64,000 nt of DNA from Neoechinorhynchus agilis (GCA_051530055.1 CM121342.1:9687480-9751479), one strand, 5' to 3'; shown: positions 37,793 through 51,075, counted from the stretch's first letter. The notes: generated by a model from the letters alone, not told the origin. Numbers and translations are program-made.

Positions 37793-39037
37793 TTATTTTC
37801 CAAATCTCATAGTCCAAAACTTTAATTTGCGGACATTATATTCCTCGTTAGTCGATACTCTCTCAATATATTTCTTGTATTTTTTTACCAAAAATATTCT
37901 TTCAAGCAAATTTGATGTCGATTTCCAACGCAATCGGAATAATGAGCTGAAGACATCTTTTTTCGGTACGTTATTACCTTTAAAACTAAGAATGCGTAAA
38001 CTGAAGAGTAGTTCGAAAGCATCAAATGTTATAAATTTCATATTATTATTCGATAGGTCCAAATATTCAAGTCGTGTCCATTGTTCAAAATCCGATTTTT
38101 GTATCGTTAAAATCGAATTCCAAGCGACAGACAGTGCCGTAATAGTCGTATTTGTCAAGATTCCACCTTTTGGTACTGCTTTTAAATTTCCCTTGATTAA
38201 CTCTAACAACCTTAAATTCCAAAGATTTTTTAACTCCGAGGCATCGTATCTTCGGTCGGCTCCTCCCTGAATTGTGATTCGTTGTAGACTTTGAATCTTT
38301 TGTAACTCTTGAATATGGACTCCGATCCCGCCAATTACAGAAATTTTAATTTCCCGAAGGTTGTTCAAATTTACACTCGCGTCGATTTTTGTCGAATACG
38401 TCGGATTTTTCAAAGCCGATATTTTTTTCAAATTGGAAAAGCACATTTCTTTTGAGAATTCGAGAACCGCTATTTGATTTTCGTCTATGTTCAGTTCTCT
38501 TAAACTGCAAAATCCTACGAGCGTATTGATATTGCTCAGATTGTTATTGCTTAAGCTTAAGACATTCAAGAATGGAAGCCCTTTGCCTACTTCTGGATGA
38601 ATAGATGAAAGTTTTGATCCAGTAATAACGATTTCTTCAACTGGCAAAATTTTTGTTAAGTAAATCTGTTCGATCTTTGTATCTTGCAGATGGATTTTCT
38701 TTACATTTCCAGCAAAATCCAGTGCTAGGTTTGAAGATAGTGCAGTGTGTTGTAGAATGTATATCTCAGAGAGTTTTGGGAATATATCACTTAAGTTCAT
38801 TGGTATTTCTTTAATTGGAAGTCCGTCCATTAATAGTACAGAAACTTCGTTTTTGATTATTTTATTAACTGTATCCTCTAAATTCAAATGCGTTTCACTG
38901 GAGTTTTCTGCACCACCGCATTTGATGATTGCATAATCGGGCTTATCGAACGATATAATACATTTATTGGACAACTTCGTACTTTGATTTAATAGTAGCA
39001 GCGTGCAGAGTATCGTAAGTATAAAGATTGACTTCAT
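37793..39037 (-). CDS. Secreted LRR protein, copy 2 (inverted duplicate)
   Basis: Protein identical to copy 1 except for the C-terminal 35 aa or so. Confidence 0.9.
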   Translation of the reverse strand: MKSIFILTILCTLLLLNQSTKLSNKCIISFDKPDYAIIKCGGAENSSETHLNLEDTVNKIIKNEVSVLLMDGLPIKEIPMNLSDIFPKLSEIYILQHTALSSNLALDFAGNVKKIHLQDTKIEQIYLTKILPVEEIVITGSKLSSIHPEVGKGLPFLNVLSLSNNNLSNINTLVGFCSLRELNIDENQIAVLEFSKEMCFSNLKKISALKNPTYSTKIDASVNLNNLREIKISVIGGIGVHIQELQKIQSLQRITIQGGADRRYDASELKNLWNLRLLELIKGNLKAVPKGGILTNTTITALSVAWNSILTIQKSDFEQWTRLEYLDLSNNNMKFITFDAFELLFSLRILSFKGNNVPKKDVFSSLFRLRWKSTSNLLERIFLVKKYKKYIERVSTNEEYNVRKLKFWTMRFGK

Positions 39038-40654
39038 TTTTATCAAAGCGTTAGAAAGCGTTTACTCAAAGTACCTTAAACTCGGATTTTTGTGTGTTTG
39101 AATCGTAAATGACTAAGCTTGATTTCTGAATGATTCATTTTACCTCACTTTAACGTATTACTAAGAAAGTTACCCTACTTGATTTCTATGCTTTTTCAAA
39201 GTTTTATCCTTTGTGAGTTTTAGATAGGTTCATAATAGACAGAATATGAGCAAGAAGATTTTATCCAGGTATTTTAAGACGTACAAAGGTAACGCTTAAG
39301 CGTCTTCATCTCTCTCTTAACCATGGGTTTGAACTGAAATCGCAACTTTTTAATCTCATAAACATAAGGTTATAATAACGGCAGGAGTAAATGTACACCA
39401 AAAAGTGTTCAACTTTTAGCCACAAAAATACTCAGATTCTCCATCTAAATTGTCAACCATTTCACCGAAGTCTCAAACTAAAACGTAACTTTCGAGCGTA
39501 TTGTTCTACTGACATTTAATGGCGTGAAGGAGTTAGCGGGATTCATAGCACCACAACGTCCGTAGATTAGAATTTCACAGGGTAATCTAGACTCTACAGT
39601 TATATGAAAATTTTTTACTTGCTATGTTCTTTATATGACTTTTAATCGCCATTCTTAAAGTTGGGGGACCGTGTATCCGCCGGCGAACCCCAACGCAATG
39701 CTACGTTTCTCATTGATTTTTAATAGGTCGCTAGCCGGTAGTTTTAAACTGAAGTTTTGTTTCCTTCCATTGTATTGGAAGCCTCGAAAACAAAGCGGCT
39801 TTTTAGGTTTAACCTTCTCTCCAAAAAATAAGAACCATCAAAATCAGCGCGCGGCGATGTTGAAAAGTCTCTTTGTGATTGGAAATGCCGAGTAATGCTC
39901 AAATCGGCTGCAAGTTTGTTTGTGTTGAGTGACGCTCTTCTTGATGCCCTGCATCGTATGTCTAATTTACATTCGATCACAATGTTCATATTGCATTCTG
40001 TAGATCAAATGAGACGGCTCTGTTTTGCCCTTGCTCTTCAATGTGCTTCTGAGGGGGATTCTTTTATTATTTATTGTATAGGCGAATTCCAATCTTATTC
40101 CTCATAATCGAATAGATCATTCGATTAGTCTCTGATCGTTGATAAAATATACTCTTGCGAACGTCTCTACATAGGATTTTTTATGCGGTCGGTAGTTACA
40201 GCTTTTGATTCCGTAGTCCTCGACTATCCTCGCCTTTTTGCTTATTCCACGCATACGGAAATACGAAGTGACCGGTTAGATTTTATGCCTCATCCATTGA
40301 TGATTAGACTAGTTTGGTAGTGTTCATGGTTCGTTCGGTTTATGAAAAAGTGCACTGAACACTTTGCCTTGCGTTGAACGTTTTATTAGGACTTCCTGGA
40401 ACAAAATCTCACCATTGTCATTCTCGTTATTAACTTTGAACTTTATGTGTGCATCTTAACTATTCAACAATGGATTAGCGAAAATGAAATGTTTGTAAAT
40501 ATGCCCATGAACCTTTGTTAGTGCCTTTAAAGCCTTATTTAAATTGCGACCTACAGTGCGTTCTTTTCTCAACGCTGTTGTATAATAAAATTCTTTATTG
40601 ATGTCTTTTAAACAATTGGCAACGCAAGCTTCTAAGGCCCATCGCAATAACTCT

Positions 40655-41810
40655 CCAGACTTTCCCCGTTTACAAATAGCTCTAACTAATAAAATACTTG
40701 TTACCCTCGAAAACTTTCTGGCGGGCCGTCAAGGACTCTCTTGGTATACGCAACCCTAATTAATTCTAAAATTTGTCATCTTGTGAGCTAATGCATGTTC
40801 TTGACTCCATTAATCAGACCCTTTGCCCTGACTCAAATTACAATCACATTTCTAAAACTTTTGTCAACTCGCCGATACTCCCCTTAGTTTCGATCTCAAG
40901 AAATTATCTCGAAATTCGTCCTCTCAATAGAAATCCCAAACTGGGCTCTTAGCTACATCATCCCCGAACTCATGGACCCTCTTATCTTCATTATTAATCG
41001 CAGCTTTTTATGTGGCATCGACCCTCATGCCTGGAAACTGCTGATATTATCCTTCTTCCAAAAAAGGACATCGAATTTCCACCGAATCATTCCGTCCAAT
41101 ATTCATTCTACCCGCCGCTATTTCAAAAATCATCGAAAAATGTTTTAAATCTCGCCTTCTTTCACTACTCAACAACAAATTATCGGCCCTACAATTCGGA
41201 TTCCGGTCCAGATTTTCTCAAACCGATGCCCTACTTTGCATTAATTGCACGCTCCTACGTAACCCCGACAATAATCCTTTGCTCGTCACCCGTCTCATTT
41301 AACTTGATTTATCGAAAGCATTCGACTCCGTGGACCATTCACTCCTTCTCCGGGCCACCCTACGAGTCACCTCCCTCCGAATTCTGGGTCGATAGCATTG
41401 ATGTCATTGTCATACAGACGAATCATCCAATTAAGACCGCGGATTTGGTAATCGCACATTTGGCCATATGTCTGTTCGAGTGAGAATTTCCGGCAGGGGA
41501 TGTCCATTAGGGTAGGAATATCCGGTCTGGGTTGGAGGATATTATTTGTAGAAGCGCTTGTAAGGCTAGTCTTTCCTCAGGTTCATTACAAGTTATGATA
41601 TCCGAGAAGATTGGGCAGTGTGGAAAAAGGAGCGTAGATATAGTGAGGTGCGAGGTCGAGGGAGGATGAAACGAATTAGGATTACGAGTGCTCGTGTGAA
41701 TAGGGAGCGATATGTGGAAGAAATTGTGGTGGTAAATATTTTTCGATGATTTTTGAAAGAGCGAGCAGAATCGATATTGGACGGTAGAGATTCCGTTGAA
41801 ATCGGGTGTC
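40655..41810. mobile_element. Two opposed fragments of the CR1/L2-like LINE (plus strand about 40655-41390, minus strand about 41480-41810)
   Basis: Matches the 2.5-5.1 kb family; ADIILLPKK, KAFDSV and YRPISILLALSKIIEK motifs. Confidence 0.8.
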
Positions 41811-42426
41811 TTTTTTTGGACCGCTAAACCACCAATCCCCACCCAAACTAACTTCTGAGTTCACCAAATTCGCATTCCATAGTTTCAATCCAGTATTGTT
41901 TATCGCTCAAATAACGATTATACTATCTTCATCAAAAACAATTCCACATCGAAGACCCAAATTTACTCGGGTCCAAATCTTGTTAACTAGCAAACAATTA
42001 AACGTATTATTATTATGCTGATAAGAGAGATAATTGAGTCGTAAAAATTCTGGATGTGTGTGAAACTACGTTAAATCGCAAACCTGTACGGGTGCTATTT
42101 TTGTTTCGACCGAAGGAGCAGCTAAATCGAAGAAACTAAAGATTTTTTATAAATATATCCAACAAATCGTTTAAACACAAAGATGTAGAAAATTATGGGT
42201 TTTAAGAGAACTAGGATATAAGGTTTGTTTTTATTAAACATCGGGAATTTTGTTTATTAAAAGATAGAAAGCTTTCCGATATAATTTAGACGCTTAAAGC
42301 AATTTCGCCTAAGTCAAAATTTGTAGTGAGGAAATCAATTTTTGGAATGGTATCATTATCTAAACCTTGTTGTCCTATTTTTAAATTTAAATTTCGTTTA
42401 AGATAACAAAACGTATCAATTTTTCA

Positions 42427-43407
42427 CTAGTGTCTTCGTTCATCCACCCTATCTTTTCGATGTTCACGACGAGGACTTCTTCTTGCATACGGATCCAATC
42501 GATTTCCCTCAATTTTTGATCGCTGATATCTTTGTTCCGGTCCGATTCGATCTTGATTGTCTCCTTGTTTCGATTGCTGTAGAAACGAAGGAGGTGGAAC
42601 TTCAGAAACGGACGGACTTGGCGACCTACGTCTCCTTGTCGGTCCATTGGGTCTATTAAAATCCCTAAACCGATTATAACTCTCCTGTTGAGCCCTTAGT
42701 TCATTTTCACGAACTCGTCTCAACATGCTGGCTTTATATCGGTCTTCTGAGTATTGTTTGAGAGCATCACATTCCTCCAAAGCCTTTTCAGCGGCCTCGT
42801 CATGAGCCTCTTTAATACTCATTGCTTTTCCGTCGTAGAACTCGTCTCCGATCTTAAGACGAACATGAAATAATGGCTCTTCATCGTCGTCAATATGATC
42901 AACTAATTCGAATAGAGTATTTATCTTGAGAACGTTGGCTCGGTGAGTCAGCTTCTGACTCGGACGGTTGCGACTAGTTACAATGGCCTCGAAATGAGCT
43001 TCCGCCGCTGCTACAGCTGCAGAAGTACTTCTCCAGTTTCGAGGCGAAGGTGAACGTCGAAGAGCTTCAACTACTGGTGGAGCTTTCGGCGCCTTTTTCT
43101 TCTCTTCATCAGTTGGCTTCTCGTCGTCCACCGGCTCACTTAATACCGCTTTAGCTGCTGCTTTAGCCATGCGAACCTTTTTCAAATGCTTCAGACCTGT
43201 AACGTGAGTCCGCCATACTGCTTCGCTGTTCACTTCGATCTCACAATAATCACATCGCATTGTTCGAGGCCGGCGTCGGGCAACTGCGGACGAACGGTGA
43301 CTTCGGAGCTGTGGAAGTAGTGCTGCAGGATTGGCAATAAACGGAGTTGCACCCGCAGCGACGAACGGAAACGCCGTTGCATTGAACGGAAGCCTCGGTG
43401 GTTGCAT
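42427..43407 (-). CDS. U1/matrin-type zinc finger + dsRNA-binding domain + Arg/Ser-rich tail protein
   Basis: CDYCEIEVNSEAVWRTHVTGLKH; F.V...IG...Y.G...S.KEA...AAE.ALE; RRSPSP repeats; intact 326-aa ORF. Confidence 0.8.
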   Translation of the reverse strand: MQPPRLPFNATAFPFVAAGATPFIANPAALLPQLRSHRSSAVARRRPRTMRCDYCEIEVNSEAVWRTHVTGLKHLKKVRMAKAAAKAVLSEPVDDEKPTDEEKKKAPKAPPVVEALRRSPSPRNWRSTSAAVAAAEAHFEAIVTSRNRPSQKLTHRANVLKINTLFELVDHIDDDEEPLFHVRLKIGDEFYDGKAMSIKEAHDEAAEKALEECDALKQYSEDRYKASMLRRVRENELRAQQESYNRFRDFNRPNGPTRRRRSPSPSVSEVPPPSFLQQSKQGDNQDRIGPEQRYQRSKIEGNRLDPYARRSPRREHRKDRVDERRH

Positions 43408-43524
43408 TTTCTATTTTTTTGATGTCTAAAACCCATAAATTCGCAATTTGTAACCAAAATTTTATTAAAATGCCGGATTTAACAAGCCAATTCAATTTTC
43501 CCAAGTAACGAAATTTATTCCTAT

Positions 43525-43800
43525 GGTGAAAAAAGACTGATCTTTAATCATTTCCATAGTTTTCAATTGTGTGAATTTCGTAGACATGAAATCCATTCGT
43601 TGCCGATACGAAATTTTTTGTCGAAAATAGCTGCGAAATCTCCGATTTTTTGGCAAGGACTAAAAAATGTTTTGTCTATATTCGTACCAACAACTCCTTT
43701 TTGCAATTGAAAATTGGGTCTAATGTCGAAAATTAGTCTCATGGTGAAAAACACACTGATCTTTAGTCATTTCCATAGTTTTCAATTGTGTGAATTTTGC
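43525..43800. repeat. Local duplication, period about 217 bp
   Basis: ctgatcttta.tcatttccatagttttcaattgtgtgaattt occurs twice. Confidence 0.7.
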
Positions 43801-44209
43801 AGTGTCGCGTAAAAAACAGTTACGAAAAATCTTGTCGAAATCCTGGATTTTTAATAAGTTTTATAAATTGAAAATTGGCACTTGGTATGTTATAATGACA
43901 ATAATAAAAATCTTTATTTTCCAGTTTTCACTGTTTTACGCCTTCCACAGGAAGCGTAAGCCGTAAGACCGCGAACCTTCGGAATACAACACACCAAGTG
44001 TCCAAATTCGAAATTACGAAACTTTATCAATCATTCGGCTAGAAAACCAAGCAGTTCACATGTCTTTTTGGAAAGGACTGACAAATCTCTTGTGTTCTTC
44101 CGTGGCAGCACGAATATAAAACTGACGACCTTGATAAAAAAAGCACGAGATTGTGCCGTTGGAATATCGGATTTAATAAATTCTTGCGTAAAGATTTAGT
44201 CTAAGCTTG

Positions 44210-44570
44210 GCGTCGAGGCGCTCGGATCGTTTGGTACCGTAGCGCAGGACCTGGTCAAACGATTGAGACGAATAACTGGCGATCCGAGATCAGGAACATT
44301 CTTCCTACAAAACATAAGTCTGGCTATGTAACGGGAGAACGCTGTATCCGTCCTTTCGACCGTTACACCAGGACGGCAGCTGATTGATCCAGAGTTGTGG
44401 TGTGAATGATTTCTGCTCCTAGATTCTGAAGGTAATAAATTAACGACTTTGCTAAAAAAATTGGCAGTCTCTACAAGAGAATCGGGAGCATGGTTAGAAA
44501 CCTTACTCATTGCATCCGTGGGAACACTCCTCGTAGACGAAGTAGTTCCGATCGGAGTTTCCCTCATGTC
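44210..44570 (+). mobile_element. Two CRE-like fragments in scrambled order
   Basis: LVKRLRRITGDPRSGTFFLQNISLA (C-terminus) precedes STRESGAWLETL (normally upstream). Confidence 0.7.
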
Positions 44571-44639
44571 GACGGTGGCGATTGTTGAAATGTTTTGTTG
44601 TTGTGTGTATCAAAAAGTGTAATAAAATAAACTGTTTCA

Positions 44640-45300
44640 AAAATTACTTACTAACTTATCGTTCATCATGATTGTTCGGCAGCTTCTTTGATGGCCGCAG
44701 CATTGCCGCGTTGGATCGCCGCGCTGATTCGCTGCAGCAGGAAGCTGCTGGAGCGCATGTCGCCGGTGGCATATTTCAGCATCTTTCCCAGTCGGGAAAG
44801 GAAATAATCGGCTTCTTTTCCGAGGCATCCCAGTGTTTCCACCGCATTCGGGATGAAAATATATTGATGCCCATGGAGCGAGGAGTACTTATGCCGCTTC
44901 TTTTCCTCGCTGAAGCAGGCGACTGCTCCCGCCTTTGAGGTGGCATCCCGTAAGTGAGATGCTGCGAGCGTGTTGGGACAAGTAAAATCCCAAACCAGTA
45001 TTTTCCCGAAAAATAAAATTTGTTTTGGATTTTTTTCGACCAAAATAGTTCACCCGACAGCATGGTTTAAAAAGACGGATGCAGTGTTTACCGGCTGAAT
45101 AAGAATTGTAAATGCGTCATCGTTTACCCTGCAATTTCATCCGAAACAAAACGATCAATAATTTTAATGTCCTGGACATTATGACGTAAATGCCCAGTCC
45201 ATCCAAAAATTAGAGAAGTTCACGTGGAACCCCCTGGGGTGATTTTCAATGGCTAGCACGCCGATCCTCACTTTCGATCATTGAACCGGACGTCCCCATT
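44640..45300 (-). mobile_element. CRE-like RLE domain, 3' fragment
   Basis: LVWDFTCPNTLAASHL...AVETLG...QRISAAIQRGNAAAI. Confidence 0.85.
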
Positions 45301-46018
45301 GAGAAGGACTAAGAGCCATTTTTGAAAAAAGTACACGGTTGGCTCTTTTTGATTTGAGAATGAGAAACTTCTTCAGTACTTACGTTGGCGGAAACGTTCA
45401 TCATAATGCGCTAATTTATTGAACTTCACATAGAGCGCAACAATCAATTGTGACGTATTTTAAAGATGTTTGAAGATTGAACCATCCTTTATGGTTGTTT
45501 TATGGCGAAGAAATTGAAATGATTTTATTTAAAAACCTGATTGGTTTCGGCGAGGCACAATCTTGTACGCTCTTTGATCAATGTTGTCTTCGAAGAAAAA
45601 TTCGAGTGAGCTTATCCGAATTTTTCTTCGAAAACAACTTTGATCAAAAGGCGTATGAGACTGTGCACCGGCGAAACCAATCGGGTTTTTAAAATAATTT
45701 TAATTTCTTCGTATTTTAAAAAACAAAGGTTCTTTCGTATTGCGTTCCCGACTTGTTATTCTCAAAAAAGATATTGTTAAAATGTCGATAGTTATTTAGG
45801 TAAAAAACTTCGAACTTCGTCGGGTTCATCTTTTAATAATCCGCTGCGAGGCTCGAAACGTTTTTAAGGAATTATTTACCGGTTGAAGATTTTAAACAAA
45901 ATATTCTAGATATTGGTGGTTTTTACTAGGTCAACAAATATATTCTGCATTTTACTTTCAGGCAAATTAACACTTTTTTTAGTGCTCAAAGAGTTTCCCG
46001 TAATTTCGTCTCTGATAG

Positions 46019-49000
46019 ATGAATCGTCGTCGTGGCTACAAACTATCGGGCAGTATTGTCCGTCTTCAATCTCTGGCGAGAATCGATCCTCAAGCCTACC
46101 GCGATGACTATACTTCTCAACTCGCTAGCGTTCAATGTCAAATTAATCCAAATTCAATAAAGGCCATTGAATATAGTGACTCTTTAGCCGAGTCCTTGCT
46201 ATTCGTTTGCCAGGTTTGAGCTATAATTTCGTGAAATTTAAATCAAACACTTTAATTCGTCCAGTTATCTGCTCTTTATCCGGATATATCGTCGAATCTG
46301 TGCCATATCCTTATTTGTGTTTTAAAGGAGGGCCAAATGGATCGCAAAGTTAGAATGGTGCGCCATTTTTGATTGTTTATTTAAAATTTCGGTATTCGTA
46401 TTATTTTTTTGTAATAGTTAATTGTTAAATCAATCTTTATTCTGCAACGGAAACACCTTTTCTCGGACACATCCGAGGTTTATACTCTTCTGCTGGGGCT
46501 TTGTCGAGAGGAAGATCGACAACTTCGAAAAGCTATCCAAGGATTCGTGATCGGCGATGTGGCTGCTCTTAACCAAAAACACAGAAACAAAACTTTGAAC
46601 AATCAATTACAGAGATTAGTAGGAAACTTTTTGAACTCTGATGAATATCCACAAAAAGTGAATTCTGCTGCTTTGGTTAGATTTTTTTGTCAATTGCCAC
46701 CATTGATATAGTTTAAAAAACGTTCAGGAAATTTTGATTAGTCTTTATAAAAAACAAGTGTGGTCAGATGAACACACATTGAACATAATTGCATCGCAAT
46801 GCTTGTCGTCTTTGACAAAGGTTAGTCGGATTTCAGCGAATTCAAAGCATTTCTTTTTTAGAATTAGTGTTTAGAAGTCTTCACCCGCACTAAATGATTA
46901 TTTATCAAAGACGTTCTGCGAACCTCACCGTTGGTTCATCATCAGTTTGTTCGCTAAGCGTCTATTACTAACAAACTGATGATGAACCTCCGGTGAGGTT
47001 CGCAAAACGTCTTTAATAAATAATCATTTGTTGCGGGTGAAGACTTCTAAACAATAATTCCAATCACATTCCCCCCGGTACCTGCTCACATATCGACATT
47101 TCGTTTTTAGATTTCAGTGAAGGCTGTGCAATTTATGCTTGGAAATCTAGGAAAAGACAATGAATACTCCAAGGATTCGGATGAAGAGGAAGATGATGAT
47201 TTGAACGTTAAAAATATTTTACTTGGTCATCGAGTCGGGAAAAAGACGAAAGGTCGAAGAAAAAAAAAGGAAAAACTTATGCAAACTTTAAAGGTAGGGT
47301 TTTTAAATAGTAGCTGGAGCAGTAGTATCTTTCGACTTATGGAATTTTCGTGATGTAAAATGAAGAAATTGGAATGAAGTCCAACCTAGATCAGATTTAC
47401 GGTTTAAAGACGACTTAAAAAATTCACGAATTCAATTACTAAGACTGTTAAAAATTGCATTTCAACCTTCGAATTCACGACATTGCGACTGAAACATTAT
47501 AAATAAAATCGTTTTTAACCTTTTCGAGAAAAATCTTTCTTCGGGATTTTTTGACCGTCTTAAAAACGAATGAAATAATCTGTTTTTTATGGCGGTGAAA
47601 ATTGAAGGAATTTATTAAGTCCGATTGTTTTCGAAGCCACTATCGTGTGCGCTTTCATCAAGAATGAAAAACTTACGAGCAACCTTGATCAAAAGGCGTA
47701 CGAGATTGTGGCTCCGAAAACAATCGGATTTAATAAAATTCCTTCAATTTTCTACTGCCATAAACAAACATAAAATAATTTTGAACCAGTTTTGAGATAA
47801 TATTTTTAAACTTTGAGATTTTATTTACTGTTTTGAACTATATTTACAAAAAAACTCGATACTTTGGCCAAAGTGTCCAATTGAAACCAATTTGTTTTTT
47901 TAATGATTTTTCGCAAGTTTATTTTAGCGTAAGCGAGACCGTCTAAAAAAGGACAAATTCGACATAAATAAGCTTTACCAAATTCGAGATCCTCAAGGTA
48001 TTTTTAATATTTCAATATAAATAATCGCTGCTCTAATTTAGGCTTCACTGAGCGGCTTTACAAAGCTCTTGTCAATAGTCGTGAATGTTATCAAGTTAAA
48101 CTTCTCTTCCAAGAGCTCATATCAAAACTCATCAGCATTCATCAATTGATAATAATTAGTTTTTATCCTTTTCTAGAGCGGTACCTCTTTCCGAAACAAG
48201 AAGATGTGACTCGCATAATAATGTTTTCCGCCGAAGCCACTCATCATTTGGTACCACCTGATGTTGTTTCTCAACTGATCACTACTATAGCCAATAATTT
48301 TGTCTCAGATCGTAATTCAGTGCAGGCTATGACTGTAGGATTGAATGCCATTCGTGAGATATGTGAAAGATGTCCTCATGGAATCACTGAAGTCATAGCT
48401 GAAGATGTCCTTCAATACATTGGATATAAAGACCGTAGTGTATCCATTGCTGCCAAATCGTTGGTTAATACCCTAAAAACGGTTAATCCTTCAACAGTAC
48501 CAAAAAAGTATCGATCACGACCGACTGAGAAGAACCAGTATAAGAAGAAAGTGGTATTTGGAGATGTTGGTGTTGTGGATATTGTTCCTGGAGCAGAGGC
48601 ATTGGTCACTGCGTTAAATACCGAGGACGATGAACGGGATGACCTCTTAGATGTATCAAGGTTTGCGTAGTTCCAAACACGCTGTGGGATTCTTTAGTCA
48701 AAACTCTATGCATTCTAATAAGTAATGATGATGAAGTTGTCATTGAGACGGACGAAGATGTTCATAGCAAGGCTAAACGTTTGCTTGGTTCACGACTTTT
48801 GACTTCAGAGGAATTGACGTTAATAAAAGCTGAACAGATTATGGAGGAGTCTGGGGTAAAGCGGGGACGGCAATCGATATCCGATTCCAAATGCTTTGTT
48901 GATGGAGATGACATATACAAATATGTAAAAAAGACGAAACGATCAAGAGAAGAAATCTTGGCCGAACTTGAAGAACACAGGGCTAATAGGCCAAAGTTTA

Positions 49001-49167
49001 GACGAAAGCCTAAAAAGGCGAAATGTTCAACTACTAATAAGGAAAAGAATAAGAGCAAAGCATTCGCGATGATGAAGCACAAATATAAGACAAAAAAGAA
49101 CCGGTCTTTCCAAGAGAGGCAACGCTGTCTACAGGCAGCCTTAAATAAAAGGAAGAAATTAAAGTAA
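46019..49167 (+). CDS. SDAD1: SDA1 ribosome biogenesis protein, about 8 exons
   Basis: All junctions resolve with GT-AG introns into SDA1-like motifs (DPQAYRDDY, KHRNKTLN.QLQ, LYKK.VW.D, ERYLFP.Q.DVT, VGLNAIREIC.RCP, STTNKEK.K.K.F.MMK). Confidence 0.92.
46861..47060. mobile_element. 200-bp palindromic MITE in an SDA1 intron
   Basis: TIR gaatta.tgtttagaagtcttcacccgca; degenerate relatives at about 32240-32395 and 55050-55085. Confidence 0.85.
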
Positions 49168-49348
49168 GCGTTTATTTAAAAAAATGTGAAAAATCAATTC
49201 CGTTTCAGTAATTTTTAATATTTTTAAACTAGGCAATGGTTTTCATTCAATCAGCGTTTGTCGCAATCGCATGAAAGCTTTTATTGATCTCTACATTTAG
49301 ATTTGTTCGTAAGTAATCCATTTTTCAACTGAAAAGGAGCATAAAATA

Positions 49349-50093
49349 TCAGGACGATTTCCCAAAACTAGCCTCAATGAACATTTCCCTAACATTTTCA
49401 TCGAATATTCTCATCCACCTTTTTGCCACCTCAGTGGTTTGCTCTTTTGTTTGCCAAGGTTTCGATTTTCCAAGAAAATGAACGATTTTGTTCGTGTGAT
49501 TCACACAGCGAACGCTGGACAATTGTACGAAATTGGAAGACGCTTTCGAATCTCATTCTCATACCATCTATTGAAGAAAAGATTTAGAATTCCTTGATCA
49601 GCTCCGTCGTAGCTTCGACTTTTGTTGACAAGCTCCATTAATTTGTGAAATGTGTTCATGTTTGGGTTGAAAACGAACAGTCCGGAATTGAAACAATCTG
49701 GCCATCCAAAATCCGGCACTGCAGAGAGTTCGTCCCTTTCGAAAAGATCATCAATGTTTGCCAATACCAAAACTCTATGAATATAAATGTCCAACAATGT
49801 AATTTGGTGTAAGTACAACCTAGCTCCGGACGCCCGAGAATATTCAGTCGTTCAGTATCTTCAGAATCGATCATATCAACTAATTTTACACGATCAAAGA
49901 TTTGCTCTAATACATTGACCATTGTAATCGAAACTTCGGGTGTTATGAGAATGCAAACCTTTCCGTGAGATCCAGTTAGTCTGATCGATTGACATAAGAC
50001 GATCGCAGCGATTGAATACGTATCATTGGTCGCCAGAGTTACAAATGCCTGCTGGGTGTTTTCATTAGTTTTCGAAAGCTTGAGTTGTTCCAT
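49349..50093 (-). pseudogene. GYG: Glycogenin with deletions and two frameshifts
   Basis: AFVTLATND.Y, RPELG..TKLHCW, VLANIDDLF, GWPDCFNSG, DGADQGILN and VHFLG..KPW present; the DxD motif and YSY segment are missing. Confidence 0.8.
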
Positions 50094-50169
50094 CTAAAAT
50101 TGGTTGTCATAGTAACATTTTTAAACACATTTCACAGTCGTTTTCTAAATCTCAATTTGTCTTTAATCA

Positions 50170-51075
50170 ATGGGCTCTTGTGGTTCCAGATCAATGCGGA
50201 ACGACCTTGTTGACTCTAGAATAGATAACCTCCCAAACAAAGTAAAACCGTACGTTTTATCCGTATGGAGGGACGAGGATATTCTTCAACAAGTCGTTTT
50301 TCCAAAATGCCCAGTTGTTGTATTTTACAGTGGACCGAACTACAATAACAAACAAGTAGAACTCGACATACGCCGTTATCAGGATAAATACATTTTCGCC
50401 GCCTATCGATGTTTTGAGAACAATCCACCTAGTCTTAGTCTAACAAACGGAACTATTCCCTGTGTTGTCTTATCTGCTGATTTTTTATCCAGATACGACG
50501 AACGAAGATTTATTCAGCTTACAAAAGACAAATCGAAAAATGCCCAAAGTCTCGAGGAACTATTTAAGCTGTTTGAAAACCATGAAGTACCTAATTGGTT
50601 GAAAGTTGTAAAGAACGCAGATTCTTATCAAGAGACTGGATCAAACGAGTTTTGTCTCCTCATAGCAAGTCGATATCCGCTATCCAATATCAGTCAACTT
50701 ATTTGTAGTAAATTTAGCAACTATCGTGAACGAATGAATGTCGTTCTAGTCCTTGATGACCACGGTACTTTCACCGATACACATTGCCGATTTTATGAAA
50801 ACAATACTCAAATCATGGAACAATCTGTTAATTCTTCTCTTGAAGAGTTTCTGAATAAGGTGTTTTTGTATATGAATGAAATACCAATATTTATTGACCG
50901 CACCAAATATGAAGAAACGTGTTCAGGAAGGAAAGTCAAGCTTCAACCAGCTAGTGCTTATATTGAAATTTGTGATGAGTATAAAAATGAAGAGAATGAG
51001 GAGTTTATTATGCTGAATGGAATCTATGCTTCACCCAAAGGAATTGGGTCTTTTAGATGCGGGAATGTTAGCTGA
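50170..51075 (+). CDS. 301-aa protein with predicted N-myristoylation/palmitoylation (MGSCGS)
   Basis: Intact ORF with alternating alpha/beta segments; a thioredoxin-like fold without CxxC is a guess. Confidence 0.75.
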   Translation: MGSCGSRSMRNDLVDSRIDNLPNKVKPYVLSVWRDEDILQQVVFPKCPVVVFYSGPNYNNKQVELDIRRYQDKYIFAAYRCFENNPPSLSLTNGTIPCVVLSADFLSRYDERRFIQLTKDKSKNAQSLEELFKLFENHEVPNWLKVVKNADSYQETGSNEFCLLIASRYPLSNISQLICSKFSNYRERMNVVLVLDDHGTFTDTHCRFYENNTQIMEQSVNSSLEEFLNKVFLYMNEIPIFIDRTKYEETCSGRKVKLQPASAYIEICDEYKNEENEEFIMLNGIYASPKGIGSFRCGNVS

